Shown here one piece after another: positions 38,686 through 48,400 of a DNA stretch of 64,000 nucleotides (position 1 is its first letter; every line of letters begins with the position of its first letter). Under the pieces are notes generated by a model. It did not search any database. It was given only the letters and a program-made list of their open reading frames with translations, and was not told the DNA's origin. The position numbers and the translations under genes were made by a program. Source of the DNA: Candidatus Moraniibacteriota bacterium (GTDB taxonomy: Bacteria > Patescibacteriota > Minisyncoccia > Moranbacterales > UBA1568); contig JAYRRF010000024.1 of the NCBI GenBank assembly GCA_041910335.1, positions 18,529 through 82,528 of the forward strand, written 5' to 3'.

Positions 38686-40011
38686 ATGACCCAAAAGACA
38701 GCACTTGCATTGTTACGAGCTGGCCACAGTATCTTTCTCACGGGGGAAGCTGGCGCTGGTAAGACACATACTATCAATGAGTATGTGCGTTTTTTGCGTG
38801 AGCACAAAATAGCCTACGCAGTCACTGCTTCGACTGGTATCGCCGCGACTCATATCAGTGGGATGACTATCCATTCATGGAGTGGCATAGGGACAGCGCG
38901 AGAGCTTAGTGAAGCAGAAATCAAAAATATTGCTAAGACGGCACATGTTGCTAAACGAATCAGAAAGGCTAAGGTGCTCATCATTGATGAAATCTCTATG
39001 TTGGACGGCCGCACGCTCTCTTTGGTGGAGACGGTTTGTCGAGTGGTTCGGAAGACGAGCCTGCCTTTCGGAGGAATGCAAGTCATTCTTGTCGGGGATT
39101 TTTTTCAGTTGCCACCAGTGACGGGTCGAGGTGAGGCGCCGCAGTATGCTTTTGAGAGTGAGGCGTGGTCACGCTTGATGCCAGTCATTTGTTATCTCGA
39201 GGAGCAGTATCGCCAGGAGGATGAAGTATACCTACGTCTCCTCAAAGCCATTCGCCACAATACACTTGAAGAAACAGATTATGAGACTTTTCGTGCTCAG
39301 ATGGTTTCAGAGGATGAGGCGCCACTTGGAGTGACGCGACTGTACGCTCACAATATTGATGTGGACAGAGTCAACCAAGAAGAGCTCAGACAACTTCCAG
39401 GAAAAGTGATGGCCTATCAAATGAGAGGAGAAGGAAAAGAACAGCTTGTAGAAGCATTGAAGCGCAATTGTCTTTCCCCAGAACGTCTTGAGCTCAAAGT
39501 AGGTGCACTGGTCATGTTCACGAAGAACAATCAGCTCGATGGCTATGTCAACGGTACGCAAGGAGTGGTGCTTTCATTTCACCCAGACACCAAGCTCCCG
39601 ATTGTGAAAACCAAGAGTGGGAATATCATTGAGGTGGGACCAGCCGAATGGTCACTTTTTGAAGGTGATGAGGAGTTAGCAAGTGTGACCCAGTTGCCTC
39701 TCCGTCTAGCGTGGGCACTCACCATCCATAAGAGTCAAGGGACGAGCCTTGATGCGGCGGTCATTGACCTCTCCAAAGCTTTTGAATATGGGCAAGGTTA
39801 TGTAGCATTGTCACGTGTCCGCACTCTCCGCGGACTACATCTTATCGGCATGAATCAGAAGGCCACAGCTATCCATCCATATATCCGCACAATGGACGAA
39901 GAATTTCGTCAGGCTTCTCATGAAGCCAAACAAAAACACGCTTCTTTGTCAGATGAAGCGCGTCAAGAACTTGAGCACACTTTCCTCCTTTTTGTTGGCG
40001 GAAAGAAGTAG
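38686..40011 (+). CDS. PIF1-family DNA helicase
   Basis: GEAGAGKT, IIDEISM, GDFFQLPPV, LAWALTIHKSQG, YVALSRV. Confidence 0.92.
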   Translation: MTQKTALALLRAGHSIFLTGEAGAGKTHTINEYVRFLREHKIAYAVTASTGIAATHISGMTIHSWSGIGTARELSEAEIKNIAKTAHVAKRIRKAKVLIIDEISMLDGRTLSLVETVCRVVRKTSLPFGGMQVILVGDFFQLPPVTGRGEAPQYAFESEAWSRLMPVICYLEEQYRQEDEVYLRLLKAIRHNTLEETDYETFRAQMVSEDEAPLGVTRLYAHNIDVDRVNQEELRQLPGKVMAYQMRGEGKEQLVEALKRNCLSPERLELKVGALVMFTKNNQLDGYVNGTQGVVLSFHPDTKLPIVKTKSGNIIEVGPAEWSLFEGDEELASVTQLPLRLAWALTIHKSQGTSLDAAVIDLSKAFEYGQGYVALSRVRTLRGLHLIGMNQKATAIHPYIRTMDEEFRQASHEAKQKHASLSDEARQELEHTFLLFVGGKK

Positions 40012-40023
40012 TCTGGGTATAAC

Positions 40024-40158
40024 AAAAGCCCTCAATGCGGGCAAGTGGGTCTGGGTCCCTGAAAATAAGCATCGGAAAAAATAATTTTTTCCCTAGAAAT
40101 CTAGGTGGGTCCCAATTAGGAGTAGAAACTCCGTCACGTACCTTTCTGAAGGCTTTCA
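40024..40158 (-). ncRNA. Candidate rod-shaped ncRNA, possibly a compact 6S RNA
   Basis: Nested helices AAAGCCUUCA/UGAGGGCUUU, GGUACGUG/CACUUGCC, UGGGACCC/GGGACCCA; TGcTATACT extended -10 at 40172-40164. Confidence 0.55.
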
Positions 40159-40179
40159 ACTATAGTATAGCACAGGTGA

Positions 40180-40217
40180 AAAGGCGCCCACTTCCATCGA
40201 TGGGAAGGGGCGCCTTT
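40180..40217 (-). terminator. Rho-independent terminator
   Basis: AAAGGCGCCC.CTTCC...GGAAG.GGGCGCCTTT. Confidence 0.8.
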
Positions 40218-40762
40218 CAGTTGCAGCGATAGCCCTGCTCGCGGTTGAGGCGATAGTAGGGCATATGGCTTTGGGGGTCGGTATAGAACTCGATGATCGG
40301 AACGCAGTGATTGCGCAGTCGGTCGGCACCAAGATGCCGAATGGAGCGAAAAAATCGATCATGAGCATCCTGAGCCTTGAGCTCTCGTTTGCTTGGGTCA
40401 CTTGATGGCTTGAGCCAGTCTTGACCACCGTCATTGACGAGACGGTCGAAAACAAGTGGCCACTCCTTACGAATTGTTTCATCACGATGTTTCATGATGA
40501 GCCTGAGTCGTTCAGAGTCTTCGCAAATCGGTGAAGCCATGCAGCGCTTGAAATCTTCGAAAGAAGCTGAGAGGCTTGGTGAGCGGCGCATGAATTCGCC
40601 GCTGACCGCCTCGATACTTTCTTCGTAGAGTCCAAGTTTGCTCCAGGGGTTGAGCGCCCGCGGGTTGCCCCCAGCGAGCTGGAAGAGGAAAAGACTGACA
40701 TAGTATACAGCCACTAGTAGCGAGACGCCCCACAGGAGGCGCTTGAGATGATTGTGAGTCAC
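40217..40762 (-). CDS. Membrane-anchored/secreted 4-Cys hypothetical protein (paralog of 20673-21146)
   Basis: GTG after SD AAAGGAG; shared WPxVFDRL and LGxxRLRNxCxP. Confidence 0.8.
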   Translation of the reverse strand: MTHNHLKRLLWGVSLLVAVYYVSLFLFQLAGGNPRALNPWSKLGLYEESIEAVSGEFMRRSPSLSASFEDFKRCMASPICEDSERLRLIMKHRDETIRKEWPLVFDRLVNDGGQDWLKPSSDPSKRELKAQDAHDRFFRSIRHLGADRLRNHCVPIIEFYTDPQSHMPYYRLNREQGYRCN

Positions 40763-40911
40763 CGTAGGTCTCCTTTAGACGGAAAAGAACAGATGTCTAG
40801 GATACAAGATGACAAATGAAAAATCAAGAACCGTGGCTTGACGGAAGGATATCTCTAGGTATAGGATGTCTGAGCATACCAAGAGTATGCTTTTGTGTGG
40901 AAGGATATTTG

Positions 40912-41325
40912 ATGTCGAAATCAGTTTCAGTACGAGGTGATCATGCTTCTCGGCGATGCAAAAGGGGGCCAGCAAGTAAGCCTCAGGGCAGGGCGGAAGG
41001 TGTCCCCGAACATGATATCCTTGTTCTGGCACGGGGTACGCCAGCTCGCAGGGTCATTGAGGGCGTATTGTCTGGCGCAACCGCTTCCAAGAGTGGTCAC
41101 AGGGCATCAACCGTCATTCTGATGGAGGCTCGCGGTGAAGAAATTCGCCCAGCGGCCCGCAGGGTATTTCCGATTTCGTTTGCCGATGCTGCGCGTATGC
41201 TCAGTCACGAGAAGAATCTCTCGGGCGGAGCGGATGACTTCGGCTTCTTCGAAATCGTGGATGCCAAGGCGGGTCTAATTCGCCAGGTTCCTTCGGAACA
41301 GGTCGTCGAGCTGGTTCGTGCCTAG
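40912..41325 (+). CDS. Hypothetical protein
   Basis: TTGACG upstream, SD GGAAGGA, terminator hairpin at 41361-41391. Confidence 0.6.
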   Translation: MSKSVSVRGDHASRRCKRGPASKPQGRAEGVPEHDILVLARGTPARRVIEGVLSGATASKSGHRASTVILMEARGEEIRPAARRVFPISFADAARMLSHEKNLSGGADDFGFFEIVDAKAGLIRQVPSEQVVELVRA

Positions 41326-41507
41326 ATAAGGCACTACCCGATCAGAGACAATGATGATGTGGGGCGGATTCGAGATTCTCGGGTCCGCCTCAAACACTTT
41401 TTATAAAGAATTTTCGTCACTTGACGAAAATAAAAAGACGTGTTAATATGTAGGCGCCTGAATTTCTTGGGCAACTGTTTTTGATAGATAGAAGGGGACC
41501 GCATCAA

Positions 41508-41915
41508 ATGAGTCATGGAAAACCGTCCGCGCAGGTCTTGCGGGCACAGACGGTCCGGGTCGCCCTCGACGAAGTCGAGGATGATCGTCAGGAAAGGATG
41601 AGATGGTGGCGGCAGGATGGCAAACATCGTGACGTGCCAGCTCTGCTCAACCACGGATTCCCGTTCGGATTGACCGAAGCGGATCGAGGGCTGATTTTGC
41701 CCAATGAGGTGGAGATGGCACAGGCCACGCTCCGCCAAATGTTGGATCAAGGTCCACGTGAACATTTAGGTGTTCGCTACGAAGATGTTGATATCCACCC
41801 GGAAAGCCGCTTGATCAATCCGGATCATAACCAGGCAAGCCTGTTCCTCTTTTGCGAGCGTGAAGGATGGTACCAGGTTACGTCGGATTCACCTATTTTC
41901 GATCGGGCCGCCTAA
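41508..41915 (+). CDS. Hypothetical protein
   Basis: TTGACG-N17-TAATAT promoter, SD GAAGGGG, terminator at 41950-41991. Confidence 0.65.
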   Translation: MSHGKPSAQVLRAQTVRVALDEVEDDRQERMRWWRQDGKHRDVPALLNHGFPFGLTEADRGLILPNEVEMAQATLRQMLDQGPREHLGVRYEDVDIHPESRLINPDHNQASLFLFCEREGWYQVTSDSPIFDRAA

Positions 41916-42036
41916 GGGCGCCTGATTTACCCGATAATACGGGAACAGTAAAGAGCGGCAGATCACCGAACCTGGAGATCCGCCGCTTTTTCGCATCCAA
42001 AGAAAAGATGACCGAAGGTGCATGGAGCTTCGGTCA

Positions 42037-42420
42037 TCAGTCGGATGGTGGCGCATCAAGAAAAGGAGTGGAAACAGAAAAGTGTTGGTAGCCAATATTG
42101 TCAGTAAAGGCCAACATACTCTCAATTTCATTCTCTGGTAGATTGCCGACAAGAGCATCTCTTTCAGTGAGCGCCTGGATTATCTCAGCTTCTTCCTTTT
42201 GTTTGTTGCGCATAGCGCGTCGGAGGAGGCCATTATTTCGCTCACTGACTCGACTACGAACAAGGGCAAATGTTTCATTGTAGTGACGGGCATTTATATG
42301 ATGCCAGATATCACGACGATGAGCTGCCCAGGAGAAAGCTCGTCGGAAGTCAACGCCTTTTTCTTCGATGTCATGTATTACTTCATCAGCCATCAGGCTG
42401 ATCATGTCACCCTTTGGCAT
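42037..42420 (-). CDS. Hypothetical protein
   Basis: ATG after GGGAG; TTGACT upstream; convergent on a shared terminator. Confidence 0.55.
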   Translation of the reverse strand: MPKGDMISLMADEVIHDIEEKGVDFRRAFSWAAHRRDIWHHINARHYNETFALVRSRVSERNNGLLRRAMRNKQKEEAEIIQALTERDALVGNLPENEIESMLAFTDNIGYQHFSVSTPFLDAPPSD

Positions 42421-42529
42421 GGGAATTCTCCCGTATGAAGTGGAGGAAAAGGTGCTTATTTTTATTACACACCTAAGGGTATAAAGAGTCAAACTAGCAA
42501 AGAAAGAAAGAGAATGCTTCAATAGAACT

Positions 42530-43807
42530 ATGACCGACAAAGAAAAGCTCTGGGAAGAGCTCATCTCTATCACAGATTTTCAGAACAAAAATACGCTGCC
42601 AGAGTATCCGGGAGTATACTTTTTTCTTGATGACAAAAAAGAAGTGCTCTATGTCGGTAAAGCTACCTCACTTCGTGATCGAGTGAAAAGCTATTTCGTC
42701 CAAGATATGCTGGAGACGCGAGGGCCAAAGATAGAGCTGATGATGCCGAAGATTGGCTTCATTGGGTACCGCAAGACGGATTCGGTTCTCGAGGCACTTC
42801 TCTTGGAGTCAGAATTGATCAAAAGTCTGCAGCCGCCTCACAACACTGATGCCAAAGATGACAAAAGTTATAACCAAGTCGTCATTACCAAGGAACTCTT
42901 TCCGCGCGTACTAGTTGTCCGTAGTCGGGATATCGCTCAAGGGAAATTCAGTGATCCTATCAAGTATTCTTTCGGACCATTCCCTGATGGAGGGAGTCTG
43001 CGAGAAGCGATGAAAATCATTCGTCGTCTTTTCCCATTTCGTGATAAATGTGTGCCCTATGAGTCTCTGACAGATACACAGAAGAAAAAAGCACGAGCTT
43101 GTTTTTCTGCTCAGATTGGGCTCTGTCCGGGGGTGTGTACAGGAGCTGTCACAGCTGCAGAATATCAAGAAGGTCTCAAGCACCTCAAGCTTTTCTTTCA
43201 AGGGAAAAAAGGTAGGCTGGTAAAGACTCTCGAAAAAAAGATGATGACATTTGCTCATGAACTTCGTTTCGAAGAAGCAGGAGAGGTAAAGAAACTCTTA
43301 TTTGGACTGCAGCACATACAAGATATTGCTCTCGTCAGACAAGACATTGGTGAGGGTGAGCGGCACCGCATCGAAGCCTATGATGTGGCTCATCTTCAGG
43401 GGAGTGCTTCGGTCGGAGTGATGACGGTTGTTCAGAAGAGTCGAGTTCAACCGAGTGAATATCGACAATTCAAGCTGCGAGCTAAGCACAATGGCAATGA
43501 TCTTTCGGCTTTGGAGGAAATTTTGCGACGACGCTTCACTCATCCTGAGTGGCCCTTTCCCGAACTGATTGTCATTGATGGAGGCGAGACGCATCGCAGA
43601 CAGGCAGAGAAAATTTTACAAGAAATAGACGTGAGTATCCCTGTGCTATCGGTCGTCAAAGATGAGCGTCATCGTCCGAGAGAGGTGCTGGGTCTTATTG
43701 CACTAGCAGAACGTTTCAAGAAAGAAGCTTTGCTTGCCAACAATGAAGCTCATCGTTTTGCTATCACCTTTCACCGCAAACGTAAGCGTCAGGATTTCCT
43801 CTCGTAA
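42530..43807 (+). CDS. uvrC: UvrC-like excinuclease (GIY-YIG + UVR + RNase H-like, no HhH tail)
   Basis: PGVYFF...LYVGKATSLRDRVKSYF, RIEAYDVAH, PELIVIDGG, NEAHRFAITFHR. Confidence 0.88.
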   Translation: MTDKEKLWEELISITDFQNKNTLPEYPGVYFFLDDKKEVLYVGKATSLRDRVKSYFVQDMLETRGPKIELMMPKIGFIGYRKTDSVLEALLLESELIKSLQPPHNTDAKDDKSYNQVVITKELFPRVLVVRSRDIAQGKFSDPIKYSFGPFPDGGSLREAMKIIRRLFPFRDKCVPYESLTDTQKKKARACFSAQIGLCPGVCTGAVTAAEYQEGLKHLKLFFQGKKGRLVKTLEKKMMTFAHELRFEEAGEVKKLLFGLQHIQDIALVRQDIGEGERHRIEAYDVAHLQGSASVGVMTVVQKSRVQPSEYRQFKLRAKHNGNDLSALEEILRRRFTHPEWPFPELIVIDGGETHRRQAEKILQEIDVSIPVLSVVKDERHRPREVLGLIALAERFKKEALLANNEAHRFAITFHRKRKRQDFLS

Positions 43808-43884
43808 CGGTAGACAAGGGAGTATTGACAAAGGTGCGCTAGAGGAGTAGACCTATAGAGCAACTTCAAAATGAGGGTATTTCG

Positions 43885-44424
43885 ATGTCAGTTTTGCCAT
43901 ACGAACTTACCATGATTGCTGCCTACATGGGTGCGCGGCGCATCATTGGTTACCAGGGAGAAATGCCTTGGAGTATTGAAACGGAGACGCAGTTTTTTCG
44001 CGAAACGACGCGAGGTTCTATCGTCATTATGGGACGTGTGACGTGGGAGTCTATCCTACGGCGGAATGGTCACCGGCTTCTTGGTCGCACCAATCTTGTT
44101 CTCAGTCGAAATGATCAGGACGGCGGCGGCTATGTTCCAGTTTTTTCGGTCGAAGATGCTCTTCGAGTGGTCGAACAACTTCGGCATGAAAATCAGAAGG
44201 TTTTCGTCATTGGTGGCGAACAGGTCTATAAGGCTTTTCTGCCATACGCCTCTCGACTGCTTATTTCAAGAATCGTGCATCGACGAGGAACTTTGCCTCA
44301 ACATGCTGATGCATTCTTTCCTTGCTTCAACAAGAAGGAGTTCCCGATTCACCGAAGAATTCGTTCCGGACAGGATGGGAGATACAGAATCGTTTTTGAA
44401 GAGCGAAAGCGGGTCAGTCGCTAA
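43885..44424 (+). CDS. folA: Dihydrofolate reductase
   Basis: IIGYQGEMPW, VIMGRVTWES, GRTNLVLSR, VIGGEQVY, DAFFP. Confidence 0.85.
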   Translation: MSVLPYELTMIAAYMGARRIIGYQGEMPWSIETETQFFRETTRGSIVIMGRVTWESILRRNGHRLLGRTNLVLSRNDQDGGGYVPVFSVEDALRVVEQLRHENQKVFVIGGEQVYKAFLPYASRLLISRIVHRRGTLPQHADAFFPCFNKKEFPIHRRIRSGQDGRYRIVFEERKRVSR

Positions 44425-44450
44425 GTCACCAAAAGTGGAGATATAAGCGA

Positions 44451-44494
44451 GGAGGGGTCTATCGTGCAGTGTCACGGTGGACCCCTCTCTCTTT
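44451..44494 (+). terminator. Rho-independent terminator
   Basis: GAGGGGTCTATCGTG...CACGGTGGACCCCTC. Confidence 0.65.
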
Positions 44495-44620
44495 ACAGCA
44501 TGTGAAAAATCATGTATCCTGAGAGACATCTTATTTAAGTGAAAAGTAAAAATGCAAAGCTAAAAATGACTTGCCTTTATACTCTTTCCATTTTGATGTT
44601 TTCATTTTGAATTTCAGAAT

Positions 44621-47416
44621 ATGGCAGATAAAAAAACAGTCATTGAAGTGCGAGGCGCACGAGTGAATAACCTGAAGAATATCGATGTTGATATTCCGCG
44701 CGACGCATTGGTGGTCGTCACCGGTCTTTCTGGTTCGGGCAAATCATCACTGGCTTTTGATACTCTTTTTGCGGAAGCGAATCGACGCTATGTCGAGTCG
44801 CTTTCTTCATATGCACGTAATTTTCTTGATGGTTTTGAGAAACCGGATGTAGACACTATTCACAATCTTTCTCCAGCTATCTCTATTGATCAGAAGAGTG
44901 TTTCTCGTAGTCCGCGTTCTACTGTAGGCACGATGACGGAAGTCTATGATTACCTTCGTGTACTCTACGCCAAACTCGGTGAGCCACATTGTCCAAATTG
45001 TAGTGCGAAATTGAGTCGTCGAAGTGTTCGAGAGATTCTTGAGGAGATTCTGTTGTTACCGAATGACACCGCTCTAGTGTTTACTACGGAGAGTTTTGCT
45101 TTGCGTGGCAAGAATGAAAAAGATGCTCTGCAGATGATTCAGACCTGGGGGTATCCTCGAGTGATGAAGGACGGTGAAGTTCTTGGAATTGCTGAAGCAG
45201 CGATGACTGCCAAGGGAGATCAAGAACACCGCTATGAGCTCGTGATTGATCGTATGACACTCAACACGGCTCGTCCTGATAAGGAGCGTATCATCGACAA
45301 CCTTCAGACAGGTTTTCAGTTAGGTCATGGGACGCAAGCGGTAATCATTGGAGAAGACGGTGAGAAGCGTCACTACAATGAAGAATATCGTTGTGACAGT
45401 TGTGATATCTATCTCCCAGAGTTTTCACCGAGCCATTTTTCTTTCAATAATCCAGAAGGGGCTTGTCAGAAGTGTTCGGGTCTTGGCGTGACCCTTGCCT
45501 TTGATCCAGAACTGATTATTCCTAATAAGAATCTTTCTTTTCTTGAAGGAGCTGTACGGCCATGGAGCAAGATGAATAGTGGTCGTGAGAACGGACATGG
45601 GCCTCTCGCTCAGCTTTTGGATGCCTTGAAGCGTCTTCGTATTGGAGCAAGCACTCCAGTCAAAAAACTCTCCAAGAAACAGCTTGATATTATTTTCTTC
45701 GGTGAGGAGAAAGAGGGTGGCTTTGAGGGAATTATTTCTCTTTTGGAGCGTAAGTACAAAGAGACGAAATCAGAACATCTGCGAGGCGATATCGAAGCTT
45801 ACATGCATACGCAGGTATGTGATAGTTGTCAGGGTAAGCGACTCAAGAAGGAGTCTCTCTCAGTGTTGCTTCAGGGGCTGTCAATCGATGATATTGCTTG
45901 TCAAAGTATCGATAAGTTATTGATCACATTACCTACACTGGAAAAGAAGCTTGTCACCAACAAGGAAAACAAGGCATTCGTAGAGCCCCTTTTTCGTGAG
46001 ATGTTCACTCGTTTACGTGCAGTAGAGAAGGTCGGCCTAGGTTACTTGGAGATACGTCGTGGAGCTCACACGCTTTCTGGTGGAGAGGCTCAGCGTATCC
46101 GTCTTTCTGTGCAAATGAAGTCAGGTCTCTCAGGTATCATCTATGTCCTGGACGAACCCTCAGTTGGGCTTCATAGTCGTGATACTGAGAAACTCTTAGG
46201 GGCTCTCGAGGATTTACGTGGTGCCAATAACTCTCTGGTAGTCGTAGAGCATGATGTAGCTATCATGAAACGAGCTGATTATATTATCGATATGGGGCCT
46301 GGAGCAGGGAGTGAGGGAGGCGAAGTCATTTTTGCTGGGACACCTTCTGCACTCCTCAAATCAAAGATGCTCACTGCGGAGTACCTCAATGGTAAACGCA
46401 GCGTCTCCGAGAAGAAGAAGCTTCGCAAGGGGACTGGTAAGAGTCTTTCTATTATCGGTGCGAAAGAACACAATCTTCAGAACGTTGATGTGAGCATTCC
46501 TCTCGGTATGTTGGTCTCAGTAGTAGGAGTGTCTGGATCGGGTAAGTCATCCCTTGTCCACAGTATTCTTTCAAAAGCTCTCTCGAAACACTTCTACCAT
46601 GCCAAGGCAGAGCCAGGCGCTCACAAGAAAATCACCGGCTTAGAGAACATCGATAAAGTCATCACTGTCAATCAAGATCCAATTGGACGAACACCTCGCA
46701 GTAACGCAGCGACCTACACAGGAGTCTTTGGTCTTATTCGCGATGTTTTTGCAGCGACGCCTGATGCAGAGAAAGAGAAATTCAGCGCTAGTCACTTCAG
46801 TTTCAATATGCGTGGTGGACGCTGTGAAGAGTGTCAGGGAGGGGGAATGAAGAAAATAGAGATGTATCTCTTACCCGATGTATATGTACCTTGTGAGTAT
46901 TGCCAGGGCACTCGCTACAACCAGAAAACGCTTTCCATTGAGTACCGAGGGGTAAACATTTCTCAAATTCTCCAAATGACCGTGACAGAAGCGAGAAGAT
47001 TTTTCCTTGATCAACCAATGATTGAGGAGAAGCTCCGCGTGCTTGAAGAGGTGGGCCTTGGCTATCTTGTCTTGGGTCAGAGCGCTACCAATCTCTCCGG
47101 AGGTGAAGCTCAGCGTATCAAGCTCGCTACTGAATTGGCGCGTAAGTCTACTGGAAAGACTCTTTATATTCTCGATGAGCCGACTATCGGACTGCACTTC
47201 GAAGATGTGAGAAGACTCCTTGAAGTATTAGATGTTCTTGTAGACAAGGGGAATAGCGTCTTGGTAGTAGAGCATAATATCGATGTCGTCAAAGCATCAG
47301 ACTGGGTGATAGAGCTTGGGCCAGACGGTGGACAGGCTGGAGGAGAGCTGGTGTTTTCTGGTACACCTACGAAACTGAAGGCTGTTAAGAAAAGCTTCAC
47401 CGCTAAATACCTCTAG
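44621..47416 (+). CDS. uvrA: Excinuclease ABC subunit A, full-length paralog
   Basis: Both ABC domains, Zn fingers, and the insertion domain ([22 protein letters not shown]...). Confidence 0.95.
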   Translation: MADKKTVIEVRGARVNNLKNIDVDIPRDALVVVTGLSGSGKSSLAFDTLFAEANRRYVESLSSYARNFLDGFEKPDVDTIHNLSPAISIDQKSVSRSPRSTVGTMTEVYDYLRVLYAKLGEPHCPNCSAKLSRRSVREILEEILLLPNDTALVFTTESFALRGKNEKDALQMIQTWGYPRVMKDGEVLGIAEAAMTAKGDQEHRYELVIDRMTLNTARPDKERIIDNLQTGFQLGHGTQAVIIGEDGEKRHYNEEYRCDSCDIYLPEFSPSHFSFNNPEGACQKCSGLGVTLAFDPELIIPNKNLSFLEGAVRPWSKMNSGRENGHGPLAQLLDALKRLRIGASTPVKKLSKKQLDIIFFGEEKEGGFEGIISLLERKYKETKSEHLRGDIEAYMHTQVCDSCQGKRLKKESLSVLLQGLSIDDIACQSIDKLLITLPTLEKKLVTNKENKAFVEPLFREMFTRLRAVEKVGLGYLEIRRGAHTLSGGEAQRIRLSVQMKSGLSGIIYVLDEPSVGLHSRDTEKLLGALEDLRGANNSLVVVEHDVAIMKRADYIIDMGPGAGSEGGEVIFAGTPSALLKSKMLTAEYLNGKRSVSEKKKLRKGTGKSLSIIGAKEHNLQNVDVSIPLGMLVSVVGVSGSGKSSLVHSILSKALSKHFYHAKAEPGAHKKITGLENIDKVITVNQDPIGRTPRSNAATYTGVFGLIRDVFAATPDAEKEKFSASHFSFNMRGGRCEECQGGGMKKIEMYLLPDVYVPCEYCQGTRYNQKTLSIEYRGVNISQILQMTVTEARRFFLDQPMIEEKLRVLEEVGLGYLVLGQSATNLSGGEAQRIKLATELARKSTGKTLYILDEPTIGLHFEDVRRLLEVLDVLVDKGNSVLVVEHNIDVVKASDWVIELGPDGGQAGGELVFSGTPTKLKAVKKSFTAKYL

Positions 47417-47433
47417 CCAACACAGTCAAAACT

Positions 47434-48351
47434 ATGGTAACGAATTTGTACAAGAATATCATCGCCACTGTTACCTACTACGATGTCTTAGAGTATCCAC
47501 TGACAGCGTATGAGCTTTGGGCATATTTGATCTCATACGATGGGGAAAATTCGACAGACTGCTGTACACTTCGCGATGTGGTACTTGCTCTCGAAACTCC
47601 CGAAATGAAAAAGCAACTTGCCTTTCTTGGAGGATTTATCTTCCTTCCAGGACGCGGCCTTTTGGTGACAGAGAGAATTGCTCGGGAGAAACTCTCAGCA
47701 CATAAACTGAAGGGTATGGAGCAATTGGTACGCATCATTCGTTATCTGCCCTTTGTGCGTATGGTAGGAGCAACCGGAAGTCTCTCACTCAAGCATGGTA
47801 CAAAGGCGAGTGATTGGGACATGCTCGTCGTTTTCGAAGAGGGCCATATCTGGATAGGAAGGTTCATCTTGACCACTTTCTTACATCTCATTGGTAAGCG
47901 ACGTCACGGAGATAAGATAACCAATCGTGCTTGTCTCAATTATTTTATTACGACGAAGCGTCTCGAGATTCTTAATCAAGATCTCTACGCTGCCCATGAG
48001 TATCAAACTATGCGCCTTTTGTATGGTGTTCAAACGCATGAAAAGTTCCTGCAGGCTAATCGCTGGATCAAACGTTATAAACCAAATTATGACGGACAGG
48101 CTCTAAATGAGCGTTTCGTGACTAAGGACACGTTTTTTTCTTTGGGTGTCCAAAAACTCCTCGAACAACTAGTGGGTTGGCTACCTCTCCAGTCAAGATT
48201 GATAGAGTGGCAGAAAGAGAAGATTGCTATGAACCCAAACACCCATCTTCCCGGGAGTTATATTGAAGCGACTGATGAAGCGTTGGTATTCCTACCGAAG
48301 CCACGTGGGCCAAGAGTTTTCGAAGCTTTCAAAAAGAGACTCGTTTTCTGA
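47434..48351 (+). CDS. Hypothetical protein with nucleotidyltransferase-like motif
   Basis: PFVRMVGATGSL...SDWDML (GS...DxD). Confidence 0.6.
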   Translation: MVTNLYKNIIATVTYYDVLEYPLTAYELWAYLISYDGENSTDCCTLRDVVLALETPEMKKQLAFLGGFIFLPGRGLLVTERIAREKLSAHKLKGMEQLVRIIRYLPFVRMVGATGSLSLKHGTKASDWDMLVVFEEGHIWIGRFILTTFLHLIGKRRHGDKITNRACLNYFITTKRLEILNQDLYAAHEYQTMRLLYGVQTHEKFLQANRWIKRYKPNYDGQALNERFVTKDTFFSLGVQKLLEQLVGWLPLQSRLIEWQKEKIAMNPNTHLPGSYIEATDEALVFLPKPRGPRVFEAFKKRLVF

Positions 48352-48400
48352 TTTCGTGATACAATAGAAAGTAGAAATACAAAAAAGCAACACCAAAAGT

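Noticed and set aside
41334-41765. 143-aa minus-strand ORF
   Set aside because: Overlaps the plus-strand gene that has a promoter, SD and terminator, and runs through a terminator
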